Shown piece after piece: positions 1 to 10,417 of a stretch of DNA of 64,000 nucleotides. Positions within the stretch are counted from its first letter, which is position 1, and every line of letters starts with the position of its first letter. Made by a program: the position numbers and the translations under genes. The stretch comes from an uncultured bacterium (lineage in GTDB: Bacteria; Fidelibacterota; Marinisomatia; Marinisomatales; UBA1611): contig CALSPG010000005.1 in NCBI GenBank assembly GCA_943788175.1, positions 320,001 to 384,000 on the forward strand, read 5' to 3'. Below the pieces are notes generated by a model that saw only the letters and a list, made by a program, of their open reading frames with translations, was not told where the DNA came from and searched no databases.

Positions 1-1697
1 TGCCGATGCATTACAGCAATAAGAAATTAAGAATTGTTTCTCAGTCTAGTGCGACAGGAACACAATATCTTCAAGCTGTTGGGTGTGCTTTATCTAGAAA
101 ATTAGACAATTCAAAAGAAGTGGTATACGTCTCATCAGGCGAGGGGACTACTAGTCAAGGTGATTTCCATGAAGCTCTTAATTGGGCTGGGAGGGAAAAA
201 GCTCCTGTCATATTTCATATCCAAGATAATGAATATGCGATAAGTACCCACCGTTCAGAACAGACTGCGGGCTCGGTGTACTCACTGGTAAGTGGTTATG
301 AAAATTTATCAAAATATGAAGTAGATGGCACTAATTTCTTTGAATCACATCTTGCATTTAAACAAGCAGTTGAAAGGGCTAAAAGAGGAAAAGGCCCGTC
401 AGTCATTGTATCAAATGTGGTTAGGCTGCTGCCTCACTCAAGTTCTGATGACCAAAGAAAGTATAGAAGCGATAAAGCCTTGAAAAAAGACCTTGATCGT
501 GACCCTATTATCTTATTCAAGAAAAATTGTATTGATGAAGGTATTTTTTCATTAAAAGATGCAGAAAAAATTGAAGCAAAAGCAAAAGAACAAATTGCTT
601 TAGACGCATCTTGGGCTGAGCTACAAAGTCACCCAGATAAAAAAACAGCCCTGAGGTATGTTTTTAGCGAAGATACGATAAAATCGGAAACTAAATTAAC
701 AAAGATATCCGATAGTGTAGTTATAGTGGACGCAATTAACCACGCTCTTCATGAAGAAATGGAAAAAAATAATCGTATGGTCATTTTTGGACAAGATATT
801 GCTGATCCTAAGGGAGGTGTTTTTACGGCAACTAAAGGCCTTTCAACTAAATTTGGCAAAAAAAGAGTTTTTAACTCACCGTTAGCTGAGTCTAGCATCA
901 TTGGTACAGCGGTTGGGATGGCCGTCACTGGATATAAGCCTGTTGTTGAAATTCAGTTTGGAGATTATATATGGACGGCTATGATGCAGATTCGCAATGA
1001 AGTCTCTGTCATGAGGTACAGGTCAAACAACAATTGGAGTGCTCCCATAGTTATTAGAGTGCCGGTGGGTGGATATATTCATGGTGCATTGTGTCATAGT
1101 CAATCAATTGATGGGTATTTTATACACATGCCAGGTATTTACATAGCTTATCCTTCAAATGCTCGAGATGCTAAAGGATTATTGAAGATGGCTTGCAGAA
1201 TGAAAGATCCAGTAATATTCATGGAACACAAAGGATTATATCGTCAGCCCTACGCCTCTACAGAAGAACCTGGTAAAAACTATATTTTGCCGTTTGGTAA
1301 AGCTAGTTACATTTCTAAAGGGGCTCACATAACTTTAATATGTTGGGGGGCAATGGTTCAAAAAAGTTTAGATGCGATTCAAAGCCTCGAGTTGAGTGAA
1401 GATATTGTAGAAATTATTGATCTTCGAACCCTTAATCCCATTGATTATGATATGATCAAAGAATCAATTACCAAAACAGGTAAAGCACTAGTTGTCTATG
1501 AGGATAATATCACAAATGGTCCGGGTTCAGAAATATGTTCAATCATTGCAGATAAATATTTTGAGTATTTAGATGGTCCTGTTCGAAGGGTAGCTTCAAA
1601 AGATAGTCCAGTGCCATATAATTGGTTTTTAGAAGAAAATGTTTTAGTTCAAACTGAAGATATAGCAAGTGCTATCAAAGAATTGTTGGAGTATTAG
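1..1697 (+). CDS. Fused 2-oxoacid (probably branched-chain) dehydrogenase E1 alpha/beta, 5'-truncated by the window edge
   Basis: TPP motif GEG-x(n)-N (SSGEGTTSQG...DNEYA), HSSSDD, beta-domain FNSPLAES, EIQFGDY, HSQS; followed by E2 and lipA. Confidence 0.9.
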   Translation, partial: PMHYSNKKLRIVSQSSATGTQYLQAVGCALSRKLDNSKEVVYVSSGEGTTSQGDFHEALNWAGREKAPVIFHIQDNEYAISTHRSEQTAGSVYSLVSGYENLSKYEVDGTNFFESHLAFKQAVERAKRGKGPSVIVSNVVRLLPHSSSDDQRKYRSDKALKKDLDRDPIILFKKNCIDEGIFSLKDAEKIEAKAKEQIALDASWAELQSHPDKKTALRYVFSEDTIKSETKLTKISDSVVIVDAINHALHEEMEKNNRMVIFGQDIADPKGGVFTATKGLSTKFGKKRVFNSPLAESSIIGTAVGMAVTGYKPVVEIQFGDYIWTAMMQIRNEVSVMRYRSNNNWSAPIVIRVPVGGYIHGALCHSQSIDGYFIHMPGIYIAYPSNARDAKGLLKMACRMKDPVIFMEHKGLYRQPYASTEEPGKNYILPFGKASYISKGAHITLICWGAMVQKSLDAIQSLELSEDIVEIIDLRTLNPIDYDMIKESITKTGKALVVYEDNITNGPGSEICSIIADKYFEYLDGPVRRVASKDSPVPYNWFLEENVLVQTEDIASAIKELLEY

Positions 1698-2987
1698 ATG
1701 GTTATTGATGTAGTGATGCCTAAAATGGGTGAAAGTATTACTGAGGGTACGATACTTGAGTGGTATAAAAAAATTGGGGATGAAATTGAGCAAGATGAAA
1801 CATTGCTTGAGATAGGAACTGATAAAGTTGACTCTGAGATCCCATCTCCAAGCAGTGGTGTCATTACGATGATAATGGCAGAGCCGAATGATGTTGTAGA
1901 TGTTGGAGAAGTGATTGCCAGAATAGAAACAGATTCCAAGTCAGTAAATTTAGAAAAAAGTTCAGAAGTCCCCAAAGATCAAAAGCCTATTGAAAAGCCT
2001 GAAAAAGTAGTAAAAGAAAAAGATGTTCAAATTCAAAATGAACAAAAATCTTTTAATATATCAAGCTCAACTAAAGGGCCTATCCTTTCTCCGGCAGTCA
2101 CTAAATTGGCGAACCAAGAAGGTATTAGCTTTAGTGAACTGGCATTAATTAAGGGTACTGGGAAGTTAAATCGAATTACAAAAAAAGATTTAGAAATGTA
2201 CTTATCCTCTGGTAATAGATCGATCGACAAAAGTTCAATGCAATTGCCAAAAGAGTCTTCATTAAGTTTTGAATTTGCTTCAAACAGTAAAACAGATAAA
2301 CTAGATAATATGAGGAAAAGAATATCAGAGCATATGCGTTATAGTTTGAATACTTCTGCGCATGTACATATTATGAATGAAGTAGATATGACGGACATAG
2401 TTAATTTTGTCAAGAGAGAGGAGGCTTCTTTTCGCTCTAAAGAAGGGTTTAACCTTACTATAACACCATTTATAATTTTTTCATTAGCAAAAGTTTTAAA
2501 TGAAATGCCTGAATTAAATTCATCTCTTGATGGCGATTTAGTCATTCAACATCCACAAATAAATATGGGCATAGCTGTTTCAGTTGATGGTGGTTTAATG
2601 GTCCCTAGCATTAATAATTGTGGTGAGAAAAATTTGCTGGGTATATGTCGTGATTTAAATGCTATTGTGCAAAAAACTCGAGAGAGAGCTATTAATCCTG
2701 ATGATTTACAAGGCTCAACTTTTACCTTATCTAACTTTGGGGTATTTGGTGCGACAATAGGAACTCCTATCATAAACCAACCTAATGTTGGTATCTTAGG
2801 TACTGGGGTAATTAAAAAGCAACCTGTAGTAATAGAGAAAAATGATTTAGATGTTATAGCTATTAGGCAGATGATGATGCTTTCTCTGGGTTTTGACCAT
2901 CGATTAATTGATGGTGCAGGAGGAGCTTTATTTTTGTCAAAAATTAAAAATATTTTAGAAAATTTTAACTTTGAAAATATTCTTTAA
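1698..2987 (+). CDS. Dihydrolipoamide acyltransferase (E2)
   Basis: Lipoyl domain GTDKV, E3-binding GTGKLNRITKKD, catalytic FDHRLIDG. Confidence 0.95.
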   Translation: MVIDVVMPKMGESITEGTILEWYKKIGDEIEQDETLLEIGTDKVDSEIPSPSSGVITMIMAEPNDVVDVGEVIARIETDSKSVNLEKSSEVPKDQKPIEKPEKVVKEKDVQIQNEQKSFNISSSTKGPILSPAVTKLANQEGISFSELALIKGTGKLNRITKKDLEMYLSSGNRSIDKSSMQLPKESSLSFEFASNSKTDKLDNMRKRISEHMRYSLNTSAHVHIMNEVDMTDIVNFVKREEASFRSKEGFNLTITPFIIFSLAKVLNEMPELNSSLDGDLVIQHPQINMGIAVSVDGGLMVPSINNCGEKNLLGICRDLNAIVQKTRERAINPDDLQGSTFTLSNFGVFGATIGTPIINQPNVGILGTGVIKKQPVVIEKNDLDVIAIRQMMMLSLGFDHRLIDGAGGALFLSKIKNILENFNFENIL

Positions 2988-3850
2988 TGTCAGAATTAAT
3001 ACAAAAACCTCACAAACCAAAGATTAAGCTCCAAATAGGAGAGAATTATAAATTTGTCAATAATGTTGTTAAAAATTATAATTTAAATACTGTATGCGCT
3101 GAAGCCAATTGTCCAAATATATACGAGTGTTGGAATAGAGGAACAGCTACGGTTATGATACTTGGAGATACTTGCACAAGAGCTTGTGGATTTTGTGCTG
3201 TTAAAACTGGTAAACCATCTTGGGATGATCCATTAGAGCCATATAGGACTGCGATGGCAGTCAAAAAGATGGATTTAAATCATGTCGTTATTACTAGTGT
3301 AGACAGAGATGATATAAAAAATGATTATGGTTCATCAATTTGGGCTAAAACAATTGAAGAAATACATAAGAATGTTCCAGGGTGTACGGTTGAAGTCCTG
3401 ACACCTGATTTTCAAGGTCACAGTGCTTCATTGGAAAAAGTTTTTCGCGCTAATCCTGAAATATTTAGTCATAATGTAGAATGCGTTGAAAGAATAAGTA
3501 AAGAGGTAAGAACCCAATCTAATTGGCAAAGAAGTTTAAATGTGCTTAGAAGTTCGGCAAACTATGGATTACGAACAAAAACGGGTATTATGGTTGGTCT
3601 AGGTGAAACTTTTGATGAAGTTCTAAAAACAATGGAAGAAACATATTATGCTGGGGTCTCTATCTTTACAATTGGGCAGTATTTACAACCAACTGGAAAG
3701 CATCTTAAAGTACAGCGGTACGTCTCTGATACAGAGTTTAAAAATTATAAAAATTTTGGTTTGAAAATAGGCTTTGATGTTATCGAGTCTGGGCCTCTAG
3801 TTCGTAGCTCTTATCACGCAGATGAACAAGCTCGAATCATAAGAAGATAA
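2987..3850 (+). CDS. lipA: Lipoyl synthase
   Basis: CAEANCPNIYEC, radical SAM CTRACGFC, C-terminal RSSY. Confidence 0.97.
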   Translation: MSELIQKPHKPKIKLQIGENYKFVNNVVKNYNLNTVCAEANCPNIYECWNRGTATVMILGDTCTRACGFCAVKTGKPSWDDPLEPYRTAMAVKKMDLNHVVITSVDRDDIKNDYGSSIWAKTIEEIHKNVPGCTVEVLTPDFQGHSASLEKVFRANPEIFSHNVECVERISKEVRTQSNWQRSLNVLRSSANYGLRTKTGIMVGLGETFDEVLKTMEETYYAGVSIFTIGQYLQPTGKHLKVQRYVSDTEFKNYKNFGLKIGFDVIESGPLVRSSYHADEQARIIRR

Positions 3851-3945
3851 TTCGGAAAGCTCTTTCAGACAATATGATTATGTTTTATACGCCATAATTG
3901 CATAGTTAGTTATATTAAATGACTAAAATTAAATACATTATATCA

Positions 3946-3960
3946 TGGCATAATGATTGT
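3946..3960 (+). promoter_or_regulatory. Possible sigma54-like -24/-12 promoter upstream of lon
   Basis: TGGCAT-AATGA-TTGT resembles TGGCAC-N5-TTGC, with a mismatch at -12. Confidence 0.3.
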
Positions 3961-3991
3961 CAAATGATAGTAACAAAAATATAGGATTATC

Positions 3992-6397
3992 ATGGCTGAT
4001 AAATTATCAGAAAAAGACATCGAAAACATAAATATTGAAGGCTCCGAGGAGTATGCTGTTATGCCATTGCGTAATACGGTATTATTTCCCCAGCAGGTTA
4101 TTCCGATTTATATTGGAAGAGAAAAATCACTAAAACTCATATCTGACATTGAGCTTGAAAAGAAAAAATATATAATTGTTGTTGCGCAGGAAGATGGTTC
4201 AATCGAAGATCCAAATACTGAGGACCTCTACTCATATGGAACCTTAGCGACTGTTCTTAAGGTTTTTGCGATGCCTGATAATAGTAAATCAGCTATTGTT
4301 CAGGGTATCGCCCGTGTTAAAATTTTAGATTACTTGAGTAAAGAACCATACTTTAAAGCTGTTGCAAGTAAAGTAAATGACGATCCAATAGTAGATGAAT
4401 TAGAAATTGATGGTATTACTGAAAACTTTAGAAAATCTTTTTCAGACCTTATTAAAGTTGCTCCGAACCTAACGGAAGAACATACAGGCATGTTATCTAA
4501 TATAAAAAAGGCGAACAGATTAGTTGATCGAGCTATTTCTCTTATGACTTTATCGAACCAAGAGAAGCAAGAAATTCTTGAGGAAGTCAATATAAAAAGT
4601 AGATTAGAAAAAGCAAATTCGATTATTAATAGAGAGACACAAAGAATTAAGCTTGGCGAAGAGATTCAAACTGAAGTTCATGATGAAATTGCGAAAACTC
4701 AGAGAGAGTATTATCTCAGAGAGCAAATGAAAGCAATTCAAAAAGAACTCGGTGAAGACGAAGGGACAGTAGAAACTAAAGAATTAGAGGAGCGAATTAA
4801 AGCTGCGAAAATGCCAGAAGCTTCTGAATCTGTGGCTATGAAAGAATTAGATAGGTTGTCCCGAATTCCTACCCAGTCTCCTGAGTACAATGTTTCAAGA
4901 ACCTATATAGAATGGATTGTAGATCTCCCATGGAGTAAATCATCAGAGGATAGAGTAGATTTAGAAGAGGCCTTAAAAATTCTTGACCATGATCATTATG
5001 GATTAGGAAAAGTTAAAGATAGAATTATTGAATATTTAGCTGTTAGAAACTTAAAACAGAAAAGAAACCCGGATGGTAGTGTTAGAGGTCCTATATTATG
5101 TTTTGGTGGTCCTCCTGGAGTAGGTAAAACATCATTAGGTAAATCTATAGCTAGGGCAATGGGGAGAGAGTTTATAAGGTTATCTTTAGGTGGTGTAAGA
5201 GACGAAGCAGAAATTAGAGGGCATAGGAGAACTTATATTGGCGCTCTTCCAGGAAGAATAATTCAAAACATTAAAAAAGCAGGAACAAATAATCCCGTAT
5301 TTATGTTGGATGAAGTGGATAAATTAGGATCAGATTATAGGGGTGATCCATCCTCAGCGATGTTAGAAGTTCTAGACCCTGAGCAAAATCATTCTTTTAA
5401 TGATCACTATCTTGAGCTTGATTTTGATTTGAGTAAAGTTATGTTTATTGCGACTGCAAATAATTATGGGAATATTCCACCTGCTTTACGAGATAGAATG
5501 GAAATGCTAGAATTTTCAGGATATATTCAGGATGAAAAGCTTCAAATAGCAAAAAAGCATTTAATACCGAAACAGGTAAAAGAAAACGGACTTACTAAGT
5601 CAGAAGTATCAATGGATAATAACTCGATTAAGGAATTAATTAGTTCTTACACTAGAGAAGCAGGTGTTAGACAGCTCGAGAGGGAAATAGCAAATGTGTT
5701 GAGAAAAGTTGCTAGGGATATTGTTGAAGATAAAGAAAAAAATATAAAGGTAACTAAATCGAAAGTTCAAGACTATTTAGGAGCCTCTAAATTTTATTCT
5801 GATCTAGCAGAAAGAGCGACAGAACCAGGAGTCGTCACAGGTTTAGCTTGGACTGCTGCTGGGGGCGATATTCTCTTTATTGAGTCTTCAAAAATGAAGG
5901 GTAAGGGTAAGTTAACCCTGACAGGTCAATTAGGAGATGTAATGAAAGAGTCAGCAACTGCAGGCATGACATATGTTAGAGCGCATGCGAATGATTTTGG
6001 AATTGAGTCAAATTTTAACGAAGAACTTGATTTGCATGTCCATGTTCCAGCAGGAGCTATTCCGAAAGATGGTCCCTCAGCAGGTGTTAGCATGATAACA
6101 TCATTAGTCTCTCTTATAACTGGTGTCCCTGTTAAAAGCAAAGTGGCAATGACTGGTGAAATAACACTTAGAGGTAATGTCTTGCCGATTGGTGGGGTAA
6201 AAGAAAAAGTTACCGCTGCTCATAGGGCTGGTATTAAAGAGGTCATATTACCTTACTTAAATCAAAAAGACATTGAAGATGTACCTGAAAACGTATCTAA
6301 AGATATTAAATTTCATTTTGCGAAAGAAATCTGGGATGTTTTAAAGGTCGCATTGCCAAAGATTGCAAAGAACAGGAAAAATACTAAAGCTAAATAG
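3992..6397 (+). CDS. lon: ATP-dependent protease La
   Basis: LON N-domain, Walker A GPPGVGKTS, LDEVDK, catalytic PKDGPSAG. Confidence 0.98.
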   Translation: MADKLSEKDIENINIEGSEEYAVMPLRNTVLFPQQVIPIYIGREKSLKLISDIELEKKKYIIVVAQEDGSIEDPNTEDLYSYGTLATVLKVFAMPDNSKSAIVQGIARVKILDYLSKEPYFKAVASKVNDDPIVDELEIDGITENFRKSFSDLIKVAPNLTEEHTGMLSNIKKANRLVDRAISLMTLSNQEKQEILEEVNIKSRLEKANSIINRETQRIKLGEEIQTEVHDEIAKTQREYYLREQMKAIQKELGEDEGTVETKELEERIKAAKMPEASESVAMKELDRLSRIPTQSPEYNVSRTYIEWIVDLPWSKSSEDRVDLEEALKILDHDHYGLGKVKDRIIEYLAVRNLKQKRNPDGSVRGPILCFGGPPGVGKTSLGKSIARAMGREFIRLSLGGVRDEAEIRGHRRTYIGALPGRIIQNIKKAGTNNPVFMLDEVDKLGSDYRGDPSSAMLEVLDPEQNHSFNDHYLELDFDLSKVMFIATANNYGNIPPALRDRMEMLEFSGYIQDEKLQIAKKHLIPKQVKENGLTKSEVSMDNNSIKELISSYTREAGVRQLEREIANVLRKVARDIVEDKEKNIKVTKSKVQDYLGASKFYSDLAERATEPGVVTGLAWTAAGGDILFIESSKMKGKGKLTLTGQLGDVMKESATAGMTYVRAHANDFGIESNFNEELDLHVHVPAGAIPKDGPSAGVSMITSLVSLITGVPVKSKVAMTGEITLRGNVLPIGGVKEKVTAAHRAGIKEVILPYLNQKDIEDVPENVSKDIKFHFAKEIWDVLKVALPKIAKNRKNTKAK

Positions 6398-6428
6398 AGT
6401 AATATTTCTTAATATTATCGTACATATT

Positions 6429-6502
6429 GGGCGTTTAGCTCAGCTGGTCAGAGCGCTGCCCTTACAAGGCAGATGTCGGGAGTTCGAATCTCTCAACGCC
6501 CA
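6429..6502 (+). tRNA. tRNA-Val(TAC), integration target
   Basis: GGGCGTT/AACGCCC acceptor stem, anticodon arm CTGCC-CTTACAA-GGCAG, GTTCGAATC T-loop. Confidence 0.96.
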
Positions 6503-6688
6503 CTTCTCAGAAACCCTCGTTTATTGACGGGGGTTTTTGTTTTTATATAAGTCTGTCAAAGTTATCATTCCTTATCATTGTATGACATTTATAATAATTG
6601 GACACATATTTGGAGGACACAACCTAATTCAATTCTTATCTCAACCAAAGTAGGGGGGCATACCCCGTTTGATAGGGGGGGTAGGTAT
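6450..6688 (+). repeat. Left copy (attL region) of an imperfect ~240 bp direct repeat
   Basis: Matches 16416-16650; exact core 6457-6504 = 16423-16470. Confidence 0.93.
6511..6538 (+). terminator. Intrinsic terminator after tRNA-Val (second copy after attR)
   Basis: AAACCCTCGT-TTATTG-ACGGGGGTTTTT hairpin with T-run. Confidence 0.75.
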
Positions 6689-6739
6689 GTGTATATAAGA
6701 CGCTCACACATTGAAGGGTAATTTTTTGTAGGTTTAGAT

Positions 6740-6892
6740 ATGGAAATAATTAAGAAATTCTTTGATGGTATTGCTAAGTTTAATTTGAGGAAGTTGAAAG
6801 ATGCTTTTCCATCAATAGCAGATAAGATTGATGTAAGACTAACTCCACCCGATGATGATGCATATTTTACTAACCTTTTAAAGGTCATATAA
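6740..6892 (+). pseudogene. 50-codon ORF homologous to the C-terminus of the element integrase
   Basis: AKFNLRKLKDAFPSIADKIDVRLTPPDDDAYFTNLLKVI* aligns with AKFNLRKLRDDFPSLKERINLRLTPPSEDSYFTTLLNAI* ending at 16316. Confidence 0.85.
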
Positions 6893-7070
6893 GGAATCCT
6901 TTTTACTACATACTCGGTTTTAAAGAGGGGACGTACTTACCCATATGATAGTTAAGTGATTGGGTATTTATATAACCAAAATATTCTACAAATTTAATTC
7001 TATCAATATTAAGTTTTCCCTCTGTTTAAACCTTTTTAATTAACATACCTATCATAAATATTTTTAGAAA

Positions 7071-8993
7071 ATGAATGAAGACATTAAACTTGCTATAAAA
7101 ATTCGTTCCATTGAGGAAAATTTTCTTGAAATGTTTTCCGAGGGTTTATTAAATGGTACAGTTCATACATGCATAGGACAAGAGCTGTCAGGCGTAGGGA
7201 TATCAAAATTTTTAAATAGAGACGATTTTGTTTTTAGTAACCATAGGTGCCATGGTCATTATATTTCATTTACTAAAAAATATAAAAACTTAATAGATGA
7301 ACTAATGGGGAAAGAATCTGGAGTATGTGGTGGCATTGGTGGTAGTCAGCATATAGCGAGTGATAATTTCTTTTCTAATGGGCCTCAGGGGTCTTTGGCA
7401 CCTGTTGCAGTTGGCGTAGCTGAAGGTTTAAAACGCAAAAAAAATAACTCTGTTTCTGTTTGCTTCATCGGTGATGGCACAATGGGTGAAGGTATAATCT
7501 ATGAATCTATGAACTTGATGTCCCTTTATGAATTGCCGATGATTTTGGTATGCGAAAATAACATGTATGCACAATCAACTAGTATAAAAAGTAATTTATC
7601 GGGCGATATCAATTTAAGAGCATCTTCATTTGGAATAAAAGTTTATGAACTTAATACTTGGGATTATGAGGGTCTAATAAAATCCTCTCAAGAGGCAATA
7701 TCAAACGCAAGAAAAAATATCCCATCTTTCATTCATATTAATACTTACAGGTTAAAGGCTCATTCAAAAGGAGATGATAACAGAGATGGAAATGAAATTA
7801 AAGAATTCGAAAAAAAGATTTAATAAATAATTTTATCTTAAACAATGATGAATACGCTAAATATTATAAAGAAATAAAAGATAAAATTAGAGCTTATTCT
7901 AATTCAGTTAGTGAAAATTCTCAAATGGACAAAAATAAATATGTGGACGGTGAGAAGCTTAAACTATATAAAAAAATATTCATTATGTGATGTGAGAATT
8001 GAAAAAAAGCAATCAGATTTAATTAATAATTATTTTCATGAAAGCATAAATGATGATAAAAATATTTTATTGATTGGTGAAGATATTAAAGATCCTTATG
8101 GCGGAGCTTTTAAAATAACAAAAGGGTTATCTGATAGATATAATGAAAATGTTATTTCCACCCCTATTTCTGAAGCTGCAATAGTAGGCATGGGTATTGG
8201 ACTATCCATTCTAGGCTTTAAGCCTTACGTAGAAATCATGTTTGGAGACTTTATCACATATGCGTTTGATCAAATAGTTTCTAATGCTTCTAAGTTTTAT
8301 CATATGTACAATAAAAAGTACAATGTCCCTCTAGTTATAAGGACTCCCATGGGTGGAAATAGAGGCTATGGGCCAACACATTCACAAAGTATTGAAAAAT
8401 TCTTCATTGGCGTAAATAACATTCAAATAGTCGCGCTTAATACATTATTGAAGCCAAAAGAAATATATGAATCAATTAAAAATTTTAAACATCTTACACT
8501 TTTAATCGAAAATAAAGTTGATTATGGAAGATTAATCAATTATTCGCCTAAATCTATTAATTATGAATTCAAAAAATCCGACTCTGATTATCCGATAATT
8601 ACTGGAGAGCCTGTCAGTGCTAAAGCAAAAATAAGTGTTATTACTTATGGTGGTTCTATCCATCCTGTATTAGAAAGCATAGACGATATATTTTTTGAGT
8701 TTGAAGAATTTATTAAAGTAATTGTAATTACTAAACTGTATCCACTCGACATGGAAGAATTATCATTACTAACAAAGGATTCTTATTTTATAATTACGGT
8801 AGAAGAGAGTAATATTGAAGGTGGGTTTGGTTCAGAAATAATCTCTGGTCTTTCAGAAATAGAAAATGAAAAACAAAAAAAATACTTAAGGATTGGTTCG
8901 GAAAATGTACCTATACCATCAACAAAAAAACTTGAAAGTGAGATTTTAGTTTCTAAAGATTTAATTGTCCGAAAAATGAAAGAAATGTTATGA
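7071..8993 (+). CDS. Cargo fused TPP-dependent E1 alpha/beta (dehydrogenase/transketolase-like), split by two indels in A7 runs (ORFs 7071-7823 and 7911-8993)
   Basis: HTCIGQE, HRCHGH, GDG...ENN, HSKGDD in the first ORF; TPISEA, EIMFGDF, GPTHSQS in the second; both ORFs share a frame and the linker is open in another frame between A-runs 7810-7816 and 7970-7976. Confidence 0.85.
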
Positions 8994-10189
8994 GCGTAAT
9001 TGAAACTTTGAAAATCCCTCAAGATAATGTAAACGATAATGATGTGACTATATCAAGCATTTTCATTGAAAAGAATGATTATGTTGATGTAAATACTCTT
9101 GTTTTAGATTATGAGACATCAAAAGCAAATTTTGAATTATTTATTACAAAGTCAGGCTATGTGCAGCTTAATTGCAAAGAGGGGGAGATTGTTAAAATTG
9201 GACAAACTATTGGTATTGTTTCAGATGACAAAGATTACGTCCATCAATTTGAAGAAAATATAAATGAGAAAGAATTTTCTAAACAAACATTCAGCAAAAA
9301 AGCAGAAATTTTAATTAATGAAATGTCAATTGATAAGAGTGTCTTTAAGTATGAACAATTTGTCACTGAGGAAATTGTTAGAAATTTTTTAAATGATTCA
9401 AATGACATTATACCAAGTGGTGACATAATTAAAATTTCTCCACGAAAATATTTTGAGATAAAAAACTTAACTAATGTTAGTAGGAACGGGCTCGTTTCTA
9501 CAATTGAAAAAACAATCAATAGTTCTATAGTTGATACGGACTCAATTTATGAAAAAAATGAGTTTAAAGGGTCATTATCTATTTTGCTCATTAAAGTAAT
9601 ATCAGACTTACTTAAAATAGAAAAATATAAACATTTAAATAGTTATTGCGACGGGGAAAATATCTATATTAATAATGATGTAAATTTTGGTCTAGCGCTC
9701 AATTTAGGTTCTGGTCTAAAAATAGGAGTTATAAAAAAATCTAATTCTTTATCAATTAATGAAATAGAATCAAAAACAATACAGTTAATAGATAAATACA
9801 TTGATGATAAACTTCAAAAAGAAGATATTGAGGATTTTTCAATTGTATTGACTGATTTAACAGAAAAAGAGATTGATAACTTTACACCTCTCATTACTTC
9901 TTCAAATACAATAATGATTGGTTTATGTGGAGTAAAAGGTTCAACCCAAAGATTAATAATCTCATTTGATCACAGAGTTTCAGATGGATTAGAAATTGCA
10001 AATTTTATGAATGATATTATATCAACTTTAAAAAATGAATATCCCAATTTTATTGATGAAAATAGTTGTTCATCGTGTTTAAAAACTATTGAAGAAGATA
10101 AAGAGCTTGATACTCCGGGTCTAATAAGAATACTAGGTCATGATAAAACATTAAAATTCATTTGTAGAAATTGTTTAGAAGGATTTTAA
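8990..10189 (+). CDS. Cargo E2-like lipoyl/acyltransferase with a C-terminal Cys4 extension
   Basis: Lipoyl-Lys motif ETSKA, catalytic FDHRVSDG, tail CSSC...CRNC. Confidence 0.85.
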   Translation: MSVIETLKIPQDNVNDNDVTISSIFIEKNDYVDVNTLVLDYETSKANFELFITKSGYVQLNCKEGEIVKIGQTIGIVSDDKDYVHQFEENINEKEFSKQTFSKKAEILINEMSIDKSVFKYEQFVTEEIVRNFLNDSNDIIPSGDIIKISPRKYFEIKNLTNVSRNGLVSTIEKTINSSIVDTDSIYEKNEFKGSLSILLIKVISDLLKIEKYKHLNSYCDGENIYINNDVNFGLALNLGSGLKIGVIKKSNSLSINEIESKTIQLIDKYIDDKLQKEDIEDFSIVLTDLTEKEIDNFTPLITSSNTIMIGLCGVKGSTQRLIISFDHRVSDGLEIANFMNDIISTLKNEYPNFIDENSCSSCLKTIEEDKELDTPGLIRILGHDKTLKFICRNCLEGF

Positions 10190-10191
10190 AC

Positions 10192-10413
10192 ATGAGCGAT
10201 CTAATAATAAAAAAAATAGTTTCAGTATTTCTTAAAACTAAACCGAATAAAATTACAAATGATACCATAATTGACACCTCGGTAATACAGGGGAGTGTGT
10301 TGTTTCATAGAATGATTGCACGTATAAATGATTATTGTAATATTGAAATTGAAAATTATGATAAAATTCATACTTTCCAAGATTTATTAGATCAAATTAA
10401 ATTAAAGCAATGA
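10192..10413 (+). CDS. Acyl carrier protein-like
   Basis: 73 aa, ACP-like pattern (ITNDT..., Ser in QGSV, TFQDL), directly upstream of a PPTase. Confidence 0.65.
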   Translation: MSDLIIKKIVSVFLKTKPNKITNDTIIDTSVIQGSVLFHRMIARINDYCNIEIENYDKIHTFQDLLDQIKLKQ

Positions 10414-10417
10414 GTTT

